The notes: generated from the letters alone by a model not told the origin. A stretch of 63,967 nucleotides of DNA, filler included, from Octopus bimaculoides (GCF_001194135.2; 11 parts of 9 records of this genome joined end to end with filler, not necessarily neighbours in it), one strand, 5' to 3'. Counted from the first letter of the whole stretch, positions 12,140 through 25,374 are shown. Translations and numbers: made by a program.

Positions 12140-13300
12140 TTATTAGACGTAAATCTAATTTTGTTGGGGCTGACTTCAGAGACCAAAACTTTGTTGTTAT
12201 TATTATTAGGGGAAAAGTTGGTATTCACTAAATTAATGTTGGAACTCTCAGTAAATGATTTTTTATTGAACAGGTTTATATTATGAGAAGCTATAATTTG
12301 CGAAAGATTTTTTTGTGTTGGAAAATGCTACTCTAAGTCTATGAGAATTTATAATCGAATAATATTTACAGTTTTTTTGGCAAGTTCTTACTAACCGCTT
12401 TACGAAACTGTAACGGAAGATTAGATTTAATTTGCCTTCTATACGGAAAGCACCAGTCAAATTGTAAGTGGAACCATCTCTAAAGAACATCGTATTCCCT
12501 TTAGAATGAACGAAATGGGCTTAAATAACAGTTATCTCCCTTATGCTGTCAAGAAACCTTACTCTGTTTTGTGTTGGTGTCTATATCAAAATTAAAATCA
12601 CTCTTCTTATTATTAGATTTCATGTCTCGATTAGTAGATGTAGAATGAGATTGAACAGAATTAATGTAGGTAACTTTTTTCTTTATACCCTGCTTTAACT
12701 AAGGCAAAATTATAAAATTCAGCCTTGTCGTTAAAAATGTCAACATTGGCGGATAGTTTAGACAATCTAACTGAAATATTTTAAACTAAATTCTTAATAA
12801 TTGCCCTAGTGTGATTACTGGATAGGCTAATATGCTTGAAATTGGTGGATGGTTTGTGGTAGAAGAAGTACGAGTTATTGAGCAAATAAAGTGTAATATC
12901 TAAGAAGTTGGCTTTAGTTACATCGTCATCAAAAACGATGCCTAAGTCCATTCTACGGAAAAACCTAACTAACCGATTCTTAACCCTACTGTATTTTTTG
13001 ATCGGAAACATTTTGGAGGTAAAGTAAACAATCATTTAGTTCTTCTTTCACTCTACTTCCAATAGAGATATTTATTTCCAAGCCTTTGAACATTTATTTA
13101 ACTCACATTTCACTCTATATTTCTCCTTTCATGGTTTACACAATCATCACATTTGCTAAAATGGCTTCTTGTTGAGTCTGATTCTCTTTCTTTCCTTGAT
13201 TAGAAGATTACATTATTTTACACCATTTATTCTTTTGGAATAATACCAATGTTGTCTTCGAAACATATGTCGGATGTAAAAGAATTTGAATAACAACTGC
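12140..13300 (-). pseudogene. Penelope-like element reverse-transcriptase fragment
   Basis: Minus-strand frame ...KANFLDITLYLLNNSYFFYHKPSTNFKHISLSSNHTRAIIKNL fits the PLE RT C-terminal FLD...YxKP..SNH pattern. The frame is broken by stops. Confidence 0.7.
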
Positions 13301-14733
13301 GTTTAACTTCATTTATACACACACACACATACACACACATATTCACACACACACACATACACANNNNNNNNNNNNNNNNNNNNNNNNNNNNNNNNNNNNN
13401 NNNNNNNNNNNNNNNNNNNNNNNNNNNNNNNNNNNNNNNNNNNNNNNNNNNNNNNNNNNNNNNNNNNNNNNNNNNNNNNNNNNNNNNNNNNNNNNNNNNN
13501 NNNNNNNNNNNNNNNNNNNNNNNNNNNNNNNNNNNNNNNNNNNNNNNNNNNNNNNNNNNNNNNNNNNNNNNNNNNNNNNNNNNNNNNNNNNNNNNNNNNN
13601 NNNNNNNNNNNNNNNNNNNNNNNNNNNNNNNNNNNNNNNNNNNNNNNNNNNNNNNNNNNNNNNNNNNNNNNNNNNNNNNNNNNNNNNNNNNNNNNNNNNN
13701 NNNNNNNNNNNNNNNNNNNNNNNNNNNNNNNNNNNNNNNNNNNNNNNNNNNNNNNNNNNNNNNNNNNNNNNNNNNNNNNNNNNNNNNNNNNNNNNNNNNN
13801 NNNNNNNNNNNNNNNNNNNNNNNNNNNNNNNNNNNNNNNNNNNNNNNNNNNNNNNNNNNNNNNNNNNNNNNNNNNNNNNNNNNNNNNNNNNNNNNNNNNN
13901 NNNNNNNNNNNNNNNNNNNNNNNNNNNNNNNNNNNNNNNNNNNNNNNNNNNNNNNNNNNNNNNNNNNNNNNNNNNNNNNNNNNNNNNNNNNNNNNNNNNN
14001 NNNNNNNNNNNNNNNNNNNNNNNNNNNNNNNNNNNNNNNNNTATATATATATATATATATGGTATGAATGTAAGTGTGTATATTTGCATTCACCAGCCGC
14101 TGTATAATTATATGTTATGAGCGTGTGTTTGTTGTTTGAGATGACTAAAAATGCCCAGCTTTAAATGAAAGTCAGTGCGCTAGTATATTTAATATTGTTC
14201 ATCTAATGTGACGAACAGTAAACTTGCGATGCTCGATATTCATACACGATATCACCATTCAGAACTATTGACGAACTGTATGATATCCTTCGTAATTATC
14301 ACTTCGCGTGTATCGGAAAATCAATAGGTGTAAGTCTTCCAAGAGTAGTTTTATAACCGAGCAAGGCAGCACGTGTAACTGGCTGGATTACATTTTCGCT
14401 GCTCTGCATGGGTAAAATGATTCCAACTTTAGTGCGACAACAGTATTAATGACAACTAATTGAACACCAATAATATGATCATCAATTTAACTGTAATGTT
14501 GGCAGTTTTGTGGATAGAACTAGATGGAAATTATTTTCCTTTTGAACCATTATTTATTTACACCTTCTGTAGCTACAATGGGAATGTATATATGCGCGTA
14601 TGCATGTGTGAGAGAGAGGGGGAAGAGGGAGAGAGGGATGGAGAGACAGAGACACTGAGTATGCGTGTATAATACACAGACAGACAGAAGCAGAGATAGA
14701 CAGGCAGACAGACAGACAAACAGACAGACAGTC

Positions 14734-14764
<31 letters not shown>

Positions 14765-14851
14765 TAAGTATATATACGTACATAATATACGCATACATAC
14801 ATAATACTGTGTATACATTAAAAATAACAACAGTATTAGTATCATAATTAT

Positions 14852-14906
<55 letters not shown>

Positions 14907-14907
<1 letters not shown>

Positions 14908-15335
14908 GAGAAATTAAGGCAAATAGACCAGATATAGTTGTCAAAGATCATGAAGAAAAAAATGCTTTCTAATTGATGTATCAATACCAGCAGATGACAA
15001 CGTTTCCCTTAAAAAAATGGAAAAACTTTCAAAATACAAAGACCTGGAAATAGAGGTAACTCGAATGTGGAATATAAAAACAGAAACAATTCCTATCATA
15101 GTAGGTGCCTTAGGTATAATAAAAGAATATTTAGACAAATACATAACAAAAACGCCAGAACTTACAAATATATATAACATACAGAAAATTGCACTACTGG
15201 GCACTGCACACATCCTACGCAAAACACTTTCAATAAAATAAGCACAAGAGGATCACAGCAAACCACAGCACATACCCAAGGCACACAGAACTGCGCTCGG
15301 TAGTGAAGTGAAAGCACGCTATAAAAATAAAACTA

Positions 15336-15338
<3 letters not shown>
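14907..15338 (+). pseudogene. R4/Dong-like non-LTR retrotransposon, 5'-truncated 3' end (RLE domain plus 3' UTR), inside (TAA)n
   Basis: REIKANRPDIVVKDHEEK, then a 1-nt frameshift in the A-run at 14956-14962, then CFLIDVSIPADDNVSLKKMEKLSKYKDLEIEVTRMWNIKTETIPIIVGALGII...IQKIALLGTAHILRKTLSIK* (stop at 15241). Flanked by (TAA)n at 14855-14907 and 15339-15418. Confidence 0.85.
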
Positions 15339-15419
<81 letters not shown>

Positions 15420-15861
15420 GTTTTGTCTTGGTATAAAAGATGGGCTACAGCAAATATTCTGCTTAATACCACAGATTTGCTTGTCAGTTGTTTGACCTTG
15501 ACCAGTTGAGCATGTCCCTTGGTGGCTGAAGATGTGTGCATCTCTGATCACGAGCACAAGTAATTGGGGAGCAGCATAACCATGTGTTGAGCGGAATTCT
15601 TTGGAAACATGGGTGTTTTGTTCAAAATACTTAACTCTTATTCAGAGACCTTTTGTGTGAGATTGGCTACTCGATCCGAACAAAAGCTTAACTGGGCCTC
15701 ACCTGCAAGGTCATGCGCTGTTTATCTTAATATGAGATCATCGTGTCGCGCACATATGTTTGTGATGCATGTGCCTGGTATACGCTTAATATACGGGTAG
15801 GCATGATGGTTATACTTGGTTTCATATATTTTACCCCAATGTCACTTTGATGGCATGCACT

Positions 15862-15865
<4 letters not shown>
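15420..15865. repeat. Unclassified interspersed repeat, probably retroelement-derived
   Basis: Non-coding, higher-GC segment between microsatellites that resembles an abundant octopus repeat from memory; not verified. Confidence 0.35.
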
Positions 15866-15931
<66 letters not shown>

Positions 15932-16309
15932 CTCTCTCTCTCTCTCCACTTCCCCTCAATAATGGTCATAAACGAGTCTCATGGTTCCCTTATGGTCATG
16001 GTAATAGACCAATTTCATTTCCCGATTCACGAGTTTTGCTTGGCACAACCAGTTCTATGACTTGTCCTTTTTGTTATTGTAGAAATTCCATGCAGAATTT
16101 TTTACAAAAAAAAATATCCGTATTTACACCATTTACAGCGAGATCTGGAACGGTTATTTTAACACCTAGAGGTGTGCCAAAAATCATTCATTCAAGGTTT
16201 CGCGGGAAAATTTTAACAGTTTGGTCATCTCTTCCCTGTTGAGCTTTAAGATCTTTCTTGTAGCCCCAACTGCACAAAATACTTTTCTTACTTGATTTTT
16301 GGTTTTTCT

Positions 16310-17215
16310 TTTGTAACCTTTCGGGTTTATCATGACTTCAATAGCCGTAGAAATCCCAATCGACCATTGTTCGTCATATGTCACATTTGCACTGACCATC
16401 TACTGATCCATCTAGTCAGCCGTCAACGAAATTGACTGACTTCATAAATCATTTTTTCCCAGATAAATCAATCACCATCTAGCTAATACCACTTATCAGA
16501 GCGGATCGGTCGACCTGTTAGGTTCCGCTTGAAAGTGTCGTTGAATCTCATGTTGGTACTACTAATGTTTCGATAGCAATCTGACGGTTGCATGAACAGG
16601 ACATTTTTGGGAAGATTTCATCGAGAAGTGTGGCAACATGTCTTGTCCAGCGGAGATTTTTTCCATCAATTGATGCTGCATGGTTTGAAAGCCAGCCTTC
16701 GAGAGGACTTCAGACTTTAAGATACGTTGCCACTGTTTCATGTTCATGTTATATCATATATATCGCATGACAAAAGCGATATGTGGCCATAGTTCTGTTC
16801 CATAAATTTGAGTTGACGATGGCTCTGTGAATTTCACTATTTACATTGATTGAAACAAAACACTGTTTCATTCGTGAACTAATCTTTGCAGATTACACTG
16901 CTCTCTCATAGAAGACAGGGAAACGTGCAAGAAATTACTTCAGCATTTGCTGAGTCTACACATGACATTGGCGTTCAGATCAATTAGAATACAACAGAGG
17001 TACTCTATGAACCATCATCCTAATCAAATATAGAGGCTGGTAATATCGAGATATCAAGAGACATACTAACATATTACATACTACAGCGACACTCATTTTA
17101 CTCACCAAAGCAACATTGCGTCGTGTGGCAATAAGCTAGACAATGCGATTAAAAATTGTATTGCTAAAACTTCGTCTATGTTTGGAAGTCTTACTCAGCG
17201 GCTATGGAAAAACTA
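16310..17215 (+). pseudogene. RTE-clade LINE reverse-transcriptase fragment, decayed
   Basis: Ordered motifs across frameshifts: FRGLS.LSIA, RADRST, HGLKASL, IRELIFADYTAL (16870), AFAESTHDIGVQIN, IAKTSSMFGSLTQRLWKN. It is interrupted by the SINE at 17219. Confidence 0.7.
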
Positions 17216-17218
17216 TGT

Positions 17219-17573
17219 GTTGGCACTCCGTCGCTTACGATGACGAAGGTTCCAGTTGATCCGATTAACGGAACAGCCTGCTCGTGAAATTAACGTGCAA
17301 GTGGATGAGCACTCCACAGACACGTGTACCCTTAACGTAGTTCTCGGGGATATTCAGCGTGACACAGTGTGACAAGGCTGACCCTTTGAATTACAGGCAC
17401 AACAGAAACAGGAAGTAAGAGTAAGAGAAAGTTGTGGTGAAAGAGTACATCAGGGTTCGCCACCATCCCCTGCCGGAGCCTCGTGGAGATTTAGGTGTTT
17501 TCGCTCAATAAACACTCACAACGCCCGGTCTGGGAATCGAAACCGGGATCCTATGACCGCGAGTCCGCTGCCC
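17219..17573 (-). mobile_element. SINE family B, near full length (head runs into gap)
   Basis: Minus-strand head gggcagcggactcgcggtcataggatcccggtttcgattcccagaccgggcg with a B-box; the body matches 1866-2178. Confidence 0.9.
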
Positions 17574-17673
17574 NNNNNNNNNNNNNNNNNNNNNNNNNNN
17601 NNNNNNNNNNNNNNNNNTTAATTAATTAANNNNNNNNNNNNNNNNNNNNNNNNNNNNNNNNNNNNNNNNNNNN

Positions 17674-18072
17674 CTTTTCCTGCATTTCTGTCCCTTTTGT
17701 GCATCGGGTATTTGGTTGATATTTCTTGTTCCAGGATTGCAAACGCACACCCTTCAAAGTGGGAGTCAACAATCCAGTTATTGGTCCATGATAAACTGCT
17801 TTGATGATCAATGTTACTCTCATCTCTGAGCTTCCAACTAACACATCCATGCATGGTCTTCTGCTCATATATTCTCATCCTTTCATCTGATGACACGTTG
17901 CCGTAGAGTCGTGTGACGTCTTTGAGCATGTATTTAAGGCTATCAGACAAGGAATGATGCGCAAGGAGCTGCCTTCCAAGTCTTATGATTTTATCAGCCT
18001 CATGTATGCAAACTTGGTCAAGGGATGCACGTCGAAACTTGACGGTTAAAAGATGCTGCCGAAGGGATATGT
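17674..18072 (-). pseudogene. R4/Dong-like retrotransposon fragment (post-RT region preceding the CCHC knuckle)
   Basis: Uninterrupted frame SLRQHLL...YEQKTMHG...HQSSLSWTNNWIVDSHFEGCAFAILEQEISTKYPMHKR, matching the K.LHG / S..W / EG...AIQEQ.I.T pattern. (CATA)n lies directly 5' and the 3' end is lost in a gap. Confidence 0.7.
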
Positions 18073-20085
18073 TGTATGTATGTATGTATGTATGTATGTA
18101 TTATATATGTATGTATGCATGCATGTATGTATGTATGTATTCACGCATGTATGTATTCATTGTCTTCAATATCAAATTTCAGAGTTTTATGTCTGCCATA
18201 AACAAAATCAACGGATGGACAGAAAATCTTAGACCGCTCATAACAGGCAGAATAACTGGCGAAATCTTGAATCGCAACACACATACACACACACTCATAT
18301 ATATATTTAAGCTCATTCATACATATACACACGTATATAAACATATAGAGACCATATATACATGTATATAATATATAAACTGTTACATATACATGCACAT
18401 ACACACACCTACATATATACATGTGTACCTTGCATGGATATACGCAATGTATAGCCATTATACAGGAGTAAAATTTGATCAAAGATATTAGAATTTCAGA
18501 ATTTCTATTCTTAAATGACAAAATTGTATGACAAATGCAAATTCAAGACCAATATGTCCGACTGGTCTCTCTCCCCTCCTTCCTTTTTCTCCCTCTCCCC
18601 TCCCCCACTCTCTGCATGTATATGCATATGTGTGTATGTCTGTGCGTGTTGGTATGTGTACGTGTGAGTATGAATATATAAATATGCATATATTTATATA
18701 CATACACACACGCATACATATACACATACATCCATATGTTTGTACGTATGTATGCATGCATATATGTATCTATGTATGCATGTGTGTATGTATATACGTA
18801 TGCACGCATATATGTATGTACATACGTATGTATGTACATATGTTTGTATGTCTGTCTGTCTGTATGTATGTATGTACATCCGCTTCGTTCCTTGAAGTGG
18901 AGCCAGCCCTTCAAACTAGAAAAGAAAAACGAAACTGTTTTTCTTTTTTGTTTTTCTTTTTCTTTGCACTGGAAGAGCGTAATTTTATTTTCTCATTGAT
19001 AGAAAAGTTTCAAGATTGTTGGATAAGACATAAAAAAGGGATGAAACAACAAAAAAGATAAAAGACTGACTGAAGAAGAAAACAATAACAACAACAGCAA
19101 TAATAATAATAATNNNNNNNNNNNNNNNNNNNNNNNNNNNNNNNNNNNNNNNNNNNNNNNNNNNNNNNNNNNNNNNNNNNNNNNNNNNNNNNNNNNNNNN
19201 NNNNNNNNNNNNNNNNNNNNNNNNNNNNNNNNNNNNNNNNNNNNNNNNNNNNNNNNNNNNNNNNNNNNNNNNNNNNNNNNNNNNNNNNNNNNNNNNNNNN
19301 NNNNNNNNNNNNNNNNNNNNNNNNNNNNNNNNNNNNNNNNNNNNNNNNNNNNNNNNNNNNNNNNNNNNNNNNNNNNNNNNNNNNNNNNNNNNNNNNNNNN
19401 NNNNNNNNNNNNNNNNNNNNNNNNNNNNNNNNNNNNNNNNNNNNNNNNNNNNNNNNNNNNNNNNNNNNNNNNNNNNNNNNNNNNNNNNNNNNNNNNNNNN
19501 NNNNNNNNNNNNNNNNNNNNNNNNNNNNNNNNNNNNNNNNNNNNNNNNNNNNNNNNNNNNNNNNNNNNNNNNNNNNNNNNNNNNNNNNNNNNNNNNNNNN
19601 NNNNNNNNNNNNNNNNNNNNNNNNNNNNNNNNNNNNNNNNNNNNNNNNNNNNNNNNNNNNNNNNNNNNNNNNNNNNNNNNNNNNNNNNNNNNNNNNNNNN
19701 NNNNNNNNNNNNNNNNNNNNNNNNNNNNNNNNNNNNNNNNNNNNNNNNNNNNNNNNNNNNNNNNNNNNNNNNNNNNNNNNNNNNNNNNNNNNNNNNNNNN
19801 NNNNNNNNNNNNNNNNNNNNNNNNNNNNNNNNNNNNNNNNNNNNNNNNNNNNNNNNNNNNNNNNNNNNNNNNNNNNNNNNNNNNNNNNNNNNNNNNNNNN
19901 NNNNNNNNNNNNNNNNNNNNNNNNNNNNNNNNNNNNNNNNNNNNNNNNNNNNNNNNNNNNNNNNNNNNNNNNNNNNNNNNNNNNNNNNNNNNNNNNNNNN
20001 NNNNNNNNNNNNNNNNNNNNNNNNNNNNNNNNNNNNNNNNNNNNNNNNNNNNNNNNNNNNNNNNNNNNNNNNNNNNNNNNNNNNN

Positions 20086-20261
20086 TTGAATTCAGAGCAT
20101 AATGAAGCGTAACTGAGTGCGGCAATAAATTGTGCCTCGGCAGGATTTGAATTCAGAGCATAATGAAGCGTAACTGAGTGCGGCAATAAATTGTGCCTCG
20201 GCAGGATTTGAATTCAGAGCATAATGAAGCGTAACTGAGTGCGGCAATAAATTGTGCCTCG
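20086..20261. repeat. 61-bp minisatellite, about 2.9 visible copies, derived from a SINE family C head
   Basis: Identical units start at 20086, 20147 and 20208; the array abuts the gap at 19094-20085. Confidence 0.95.
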
Positions 20262-20460
20262 CGCCCTCAACATCCAGCCAAGGCATTGATCAAGAACAAG
20301 GCGGAGGAGTTTAATCGATGCCTTCAACTCCACAGCTTCGACTAGTTTGAACGAAAGGCATTAGATGACCTCAGCGTGATTTGAACTCGAAGCATAAACA
20401 ACCAGAACACCACAAGATATATTTCTCCGTCGCTCAAAACGTTCTGCCAATACAACACGC
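20262..20460 (-). mobile_element. SINE family C, degenerate
   Basis: gacctcagcgtgatttgaactc...cgttctgccaa matches the reverse complement of 46443-46600. Confidence 0.55.
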
Positions 20461-20840
20461 TCTTCATAACAACAACAATAATAATAAACGGTTTCGAATA
20501 AAGGCACGAAACCAGCATTTTCATTTGAGGGAGAAATCAGTCGATCACATCGCCCCCAGTGCGATCTCAGTCCATAAAGTGATGGAGACCACTTCTTAGT
20601 ATTGTTGAGGAATGACAAGTTCTTAATTTTGGATGTCATAATAAAAAAAGTAACAATGCACACTTTAAAATGGTTGTTGTTAGGAAGGACATCCAGTTAT
20701 AAAAAACCATGTCAGAAAATGAGATATTTGAGCGAAACGTAAGTAAGGCAGTTCGTCAATGAATAAACGGACACCAACCCTAAGCCATCCGCCCAACCCA
20801 TGCCTGCATGGAAAGAGATAAATGAATACATACATACATT

Positions 20841-20944
20841 ATGTATGTATGTATGTATGTATGTATGTATGTATGTATGTATGTATGTATGTATGTATGT
20901 ATGTATGTATGTATGTATGTATGTATGTATGTATGTATGTATGT
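20841..20944. repeat. Long perfect (TATG)n microsatellite
   Basis: Seen directly. Confidence 0.95.
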
Positions 20945-20979
20945 ATCTATCTGTATGAGTGTGTGTGTGTACACTATTT

Positions 20980-21250
20980 TACTCTTCCTCTTTGACTTGT
21001 TTCAGTCACTTGACCGCGGCCATGCTGGAGCCCCGCCTTCAGTGCAAGGACAAACACAGACACGCAAATACATACATACATATATATACATATATAATAC
21101 GACGGGCTTCTTTCAGTTTCCGTCTACCAAACCCACTCACAAGGTTTTGGTCAGGCCGCGTCAATAGTAGAAGACACTTGCCCAAGGTGCCACGCAGTGG
21201 GACTGAACCCAGAATAATATGGTTGGGAAACAAGCTTCTTACCACACAGC
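20980..21250 (-). mobile_element. SINE family A with internal deletion
   Basis: Same 3' and head motifs as the other copies. Confidence 0.85.
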
Positions 21251-21760
21251 TTATTTTATCGACTCCAAAACGATGAAAAGCAAAACTGACCTCGGTGGAA
21301 TTCGAACTCAGAACGTAAAGACGGGCGAAATGTGGCTGAGTATTCCGTCCAGTGGTGCTAACGTTTCTGATAACTCACAGCCCTCCTCTACATTCGAATA
21401 TTGCTTTCAAATTCTGGCACAAGGCCAGCAAGTTTGGGGGGATGGGGGATAAGTCCATTACATTGATCCAGTATGTAACTGGTACTTATTTTATCACGAA
21501 AGGATGAAAAGCAAAGTCGACTTCTAGATTTAAATATTGTGATCTGTGACCGTTAGCACGCCGGGCATAATGCTTAACGGTATTTCGTACGTCTTTACAT
21601 TCTGAGTTCAAATTCCACCGAGGTCCATTTTGCCTTTCATCTTTTCGAGGTCGCTAGAATAAGTAGCAATTGAACACTGGGCGGGGGGGGGTCGATATAA
21701 TCGACTTATCCCCCCCCCCCGAAATTGCTGGCTTTGTGCCAAACTTTGAAACCAATACTT
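21245..21760. mobile_element. Cluster of three SINE family C pieces (one minus, two plus)
   Basis: gacctcggtggaattcgaactcagaacg (minus); gtccattacattgatccag...gtacttatttt (plus); ttctgagttcaaattccaccgaggtc (plus). Confidence 0.7.
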
Positions 21761-21949
21761 AAGTGTAGAGTATTTTCAATACATCATAACTGAAATACTC
21801 ACCATTTCCGAGTCTGCTTTTGCATCAAATTACGTTGCTTGAATATATTTTGAAATATTATACAGAAGTTATCAAGAAAACGCTTATCTTTCAAAAAAAA
21901 AAAAAAAAAGTCATGCAAGCGACATGTGCAAAAACAGCTGTTTCAGCCA

Positions 21950-22600
21950 CACGCTTTTTTTTTATTCCGTTACTGCCTCTCGCTGGAACTCCGGGCTCTT
22001 AAACCTCATACAAAGGAGATCACTGTAAAACGTGTCCTTATGAAATTGCGTGTGGTTGTTTGAGCAGCATTCTAAAAAGCAATTTTTGAAAAAAGAATTC
22101 GAAACCAACTCTTTTACTCCCCGAACGAGATCGAAAGTTAAGGAAGCTGATTGTTGCAAACTAACAACTCCGCTCTTTTGCTGAAACTGTTGCTGCCTTT
22201 AAACAAAATTCTTAAATTTTCGCTCAAACAAAGCTCGCAATCGCATTTTTGATTTCAAGTGTCAATTCTTGTATGTTTGTGCCTTAATTACTATAAATCA
22301 AGTAATTTTGTATTTGTGAGCACTTGCTTCGCGTAGGAACTACACAAAATTCGATCACTTGCCTCGCGTAGGAACTACACAAAATTCCAGCGTAATTTTC
22401 TTTCATCGTGGTTGACAAATAAATGCTTGCGCTTATAAAATCTATTTTTTAATATCGATTTAATTGCTTCAATATATATCTCAGGTTCATCTTTGTTTTT
22501 TGTTTTTACTTTAGCCTTGTATAAACAGTTACCATCCATAGGCAATGAGCACGAATTCTGAGTTAGTATGGTCAACGCTGACCACAAATGTTTCTGTATC
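21950..22600 (-). pseudogene. Penelope-like GIY-YIG endonuclease remnant
   Basis: Minus-strand frame SCSLPMDGNCLYKAKV...EIYIEAIKSILKNRFYKRKH, and later CELCLSENLRIL, follow the PLE endonuclease pattern. Confidence 0.6.
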
Positions 22601-25053
22601 TTTTCCGTTCAACTTTGCAGCATTATAACCCCCTGATATAAAAGCCGAAATTCTTACAAGCCGAATAAACCTTTAGACAATGCCAACTCATTATTTTATT
22701 ATTATTATATATATATATATATATATTTTAACGTCCTGTTGGAAAATGATAATCCATTACATTAAAGAATTCCTTCGCTGTATTATTGCCAGTTTAAATT
22801 CTAGGTTTCCATAAATTGCTCCTTTTCTTGTGTACTGTCAGTGTTTTTTCTTTTATGTATTCAATCTTATCAGAAACTCCCTTATTCATAAGCACAAATT
22901 ATTTTGAAAGGGTTGAAGGTGCCCAGCCATCTAGCTTTAGTTTTTCTACTAGCTTTTTGATTTCTAGATAAGAAAACCTATTAGTCTACTGTGTAGATTT
23001 CTTACAAGTATTTTACACACATGAGTGTGTGCATACACTTACTCACTCACACACACACACGCACACACGTACACACACACATTTGTACTATCATCACAGG
23101 TACATTAGGCTGCTACATATTTACACAAAAATCGAGAAATGCAAGGAATTTCGAAGAAAGGGCAAAAGAACTTAGTGCGGATTCTCCAAATCCAATGTAT
23201 TAGGGGCACAGGGAAGATATCTGAGACACTTCAAGCGAATAGATGCACACACTCGTGCGTGTGTGCATTGACAGATCAATCAACACAACAACTCAACCAC
23301 AAATTGACAAACACCGAAAATTCTCTTAATTTAAAAAGTCTTGTCACTTTGTTAGCGACCGGCTTGAACTGTCTTAAGAAGAGCTTCAATAAGACTCACA
23401 TAAAAAACACGTACATACTTACATATATATGTATGTATGTGAAGAAACCCAGCTACCTTTAGTCTTCTGATGGATTCTCAACCAGTTTAATGTTCCTCTG
23501 TTTAATGTGTGCCAAATTTATGTAATATGCATTATGTAATATGCAATATGTAATGCCTGCAGTACGTTAATATGTTAATAATATGTTAATACTTCGTGTT
23601 AATATGTCAGTGTTGCAAGCATAAAATGGATTTTGTGAGAATTGCTAAAGCATCAGAAGAGTCCAAATGTCTTGGGGTATTTCGTTACAGCTGTGTTTAT
23701 GGTCTGAACTTCAAACCTTACCAAAGTGATCTTTGTTCACCATCCCTGATCGATAAAACAAAGCACCAGTTAAGTGCTGTGTTGGTTTAATCGACAACAC
23801 ATTTCCCCCCACCCCCGCTCTACTAAACATGCCTGACCCTTTGCCAATGTTAGAAATCAACAGATAAGTGGCACATTGTGGGAAAAGTTGGTTATTGAAG
23901 CTAGCAGGGGTCGAAAGTAATTACATTTAGTGGGTTTAATGTCGTTTGTGATTCACTTTTCAATCAGTAAAGATTAATCGTAGGTACAGTGGCTGAAGAG
24001 ATAATGTTAGATTATAAAACTGAAGGTCAACAGTTCAAAACACAGCAACGGTCATAATATTTCTTTGTTTACCAAAGAATGAAGGAAGATATGATATATG
24101 ATACACGCTGTGTATAAGATAACAATATGAAGGATGAACATCAACGAAGATGGTACTTTGAAATTCCGTCAGTTGTGGCGAAGAGGTCTTTCATGTAGAT
24201 TAGTTGAGAAAGTGATGCCACAAGCTAACAAGACAACACTGCTTCTTGAAGCGGATCCATTACCAACTGGAAGTGATTTCTGAGAGATGTTGCTAAACAC
24301 AGCAAATCAATTGAAGAACAGACAAGATAAATATTGGAATAACATTAAAACTGGAATCTCTAATATGCAAAAAGATATGAAGCAAGAGGTGGGACAGGGG
24401 AACATGATAAACAAGACAATAATTACAGGTTTTAATTACCAGTCAAATAAAAATTACAAAATAAGTTTAAAGACATGATAGAATGAAACCAATCAATAAA
24501 TGTTTATATAAATATTTTGACAACGATTACTAACGAGAAAGAAGAATGGGGTTCGTGATGCTGTCGTTTCAGCACCACTGCCCTCTGCCCCATGGGCCCC
24601 ACTTCATCTTAACATAGTTGTGCACAACCAGATCTTCCTTAACTGTCTGTGGTGAAAACCTGTTAAACATTACAGATACAGTTCCTTCATCTACAACAAA
24701 TATGAAAAGAACTACGAACTGCCAATACACTGAGCTCAGTTATTAAGAACAGCAAATGGTGGGGGTGGGGTGGGGGTAATTAAGGGGATTCTAAAGTAAT
24801 CCTTGTTGTCTAACACTGGGTCTGGTCTGCTTTGATCAAAGACATTTCAGCCATGACTGTCTCATCGTCTTTTCTCTAATTGTGAGGAACTTAGCAATGG
24901 AGATCTCACTGCTATTTCTAGCTGGTGGAAAAACCCTTTAGGAGCTCTCTTTCATATAAGAAAGTTCTAAATGTTCTTGAAAAGATTGGTTGGAAAGCTT
25001 TTGGTTCAAACTTTCCTCAATGAATGCTGGTTTGGGGTTATACAGCAACAACA

Positions 25054-25084
<31 letters not shown>

Positions 25085-25374
25085 GCCTGTGAAATCTTCC
25101 CTCGTGCTACAGTTACAAATATAAAATGTCATCTACTGTTTCATGGACTTTATTGATTTACCAATCAGAAGAGTGTTCTGTAAGATATCTTGAATGCCAG
25201 AAATGTTTAAAGAGACAATCCTTTTGGTCCATTGGAATCACAACATGGTTTGCCTTCCTTCAAGGCATGTTGTCTTTGAATTGAAGTCTATGGAATATTT
25301 CTTTCACAATAAATATTTTAGAGAAACTGTTTGAAGAAAGAATAAATAAAAAGGATTCTATGAATTCGATCGGA

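Noticed and set aside
15960-16300. Coding-looking minus frame (FGTPLGVKITVPDLAV...)
   Set aside because: Multiple stops, no recognisable family and no splice support.
16184-16399. Minus-strand ORF with VTYDEQW resembling mariner VTGDEKW
   Set aside because: The plus strand carries several ordered RTE RT motifs over the same DNA, which is a better explanation.
17500-17573. tRNA-like sequences here and at 3834, 9022, 43704 and 46443
   Set aside because: They are SINE heads fused to repeat bodies, with no complete cloverleaf or terminator.
22325-22390. 35-bp direct duplication (cacttgc...ctacacaaaattc)
   Set aside because: A simple local duplication within a decayed Penelope remnant; two units only, no spacer array.
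24125-24285. 50-codon plus frame MNINEDGTLKFRQLW...
   Set aside because: Within chance length, with no splice sites or recognisable motif.
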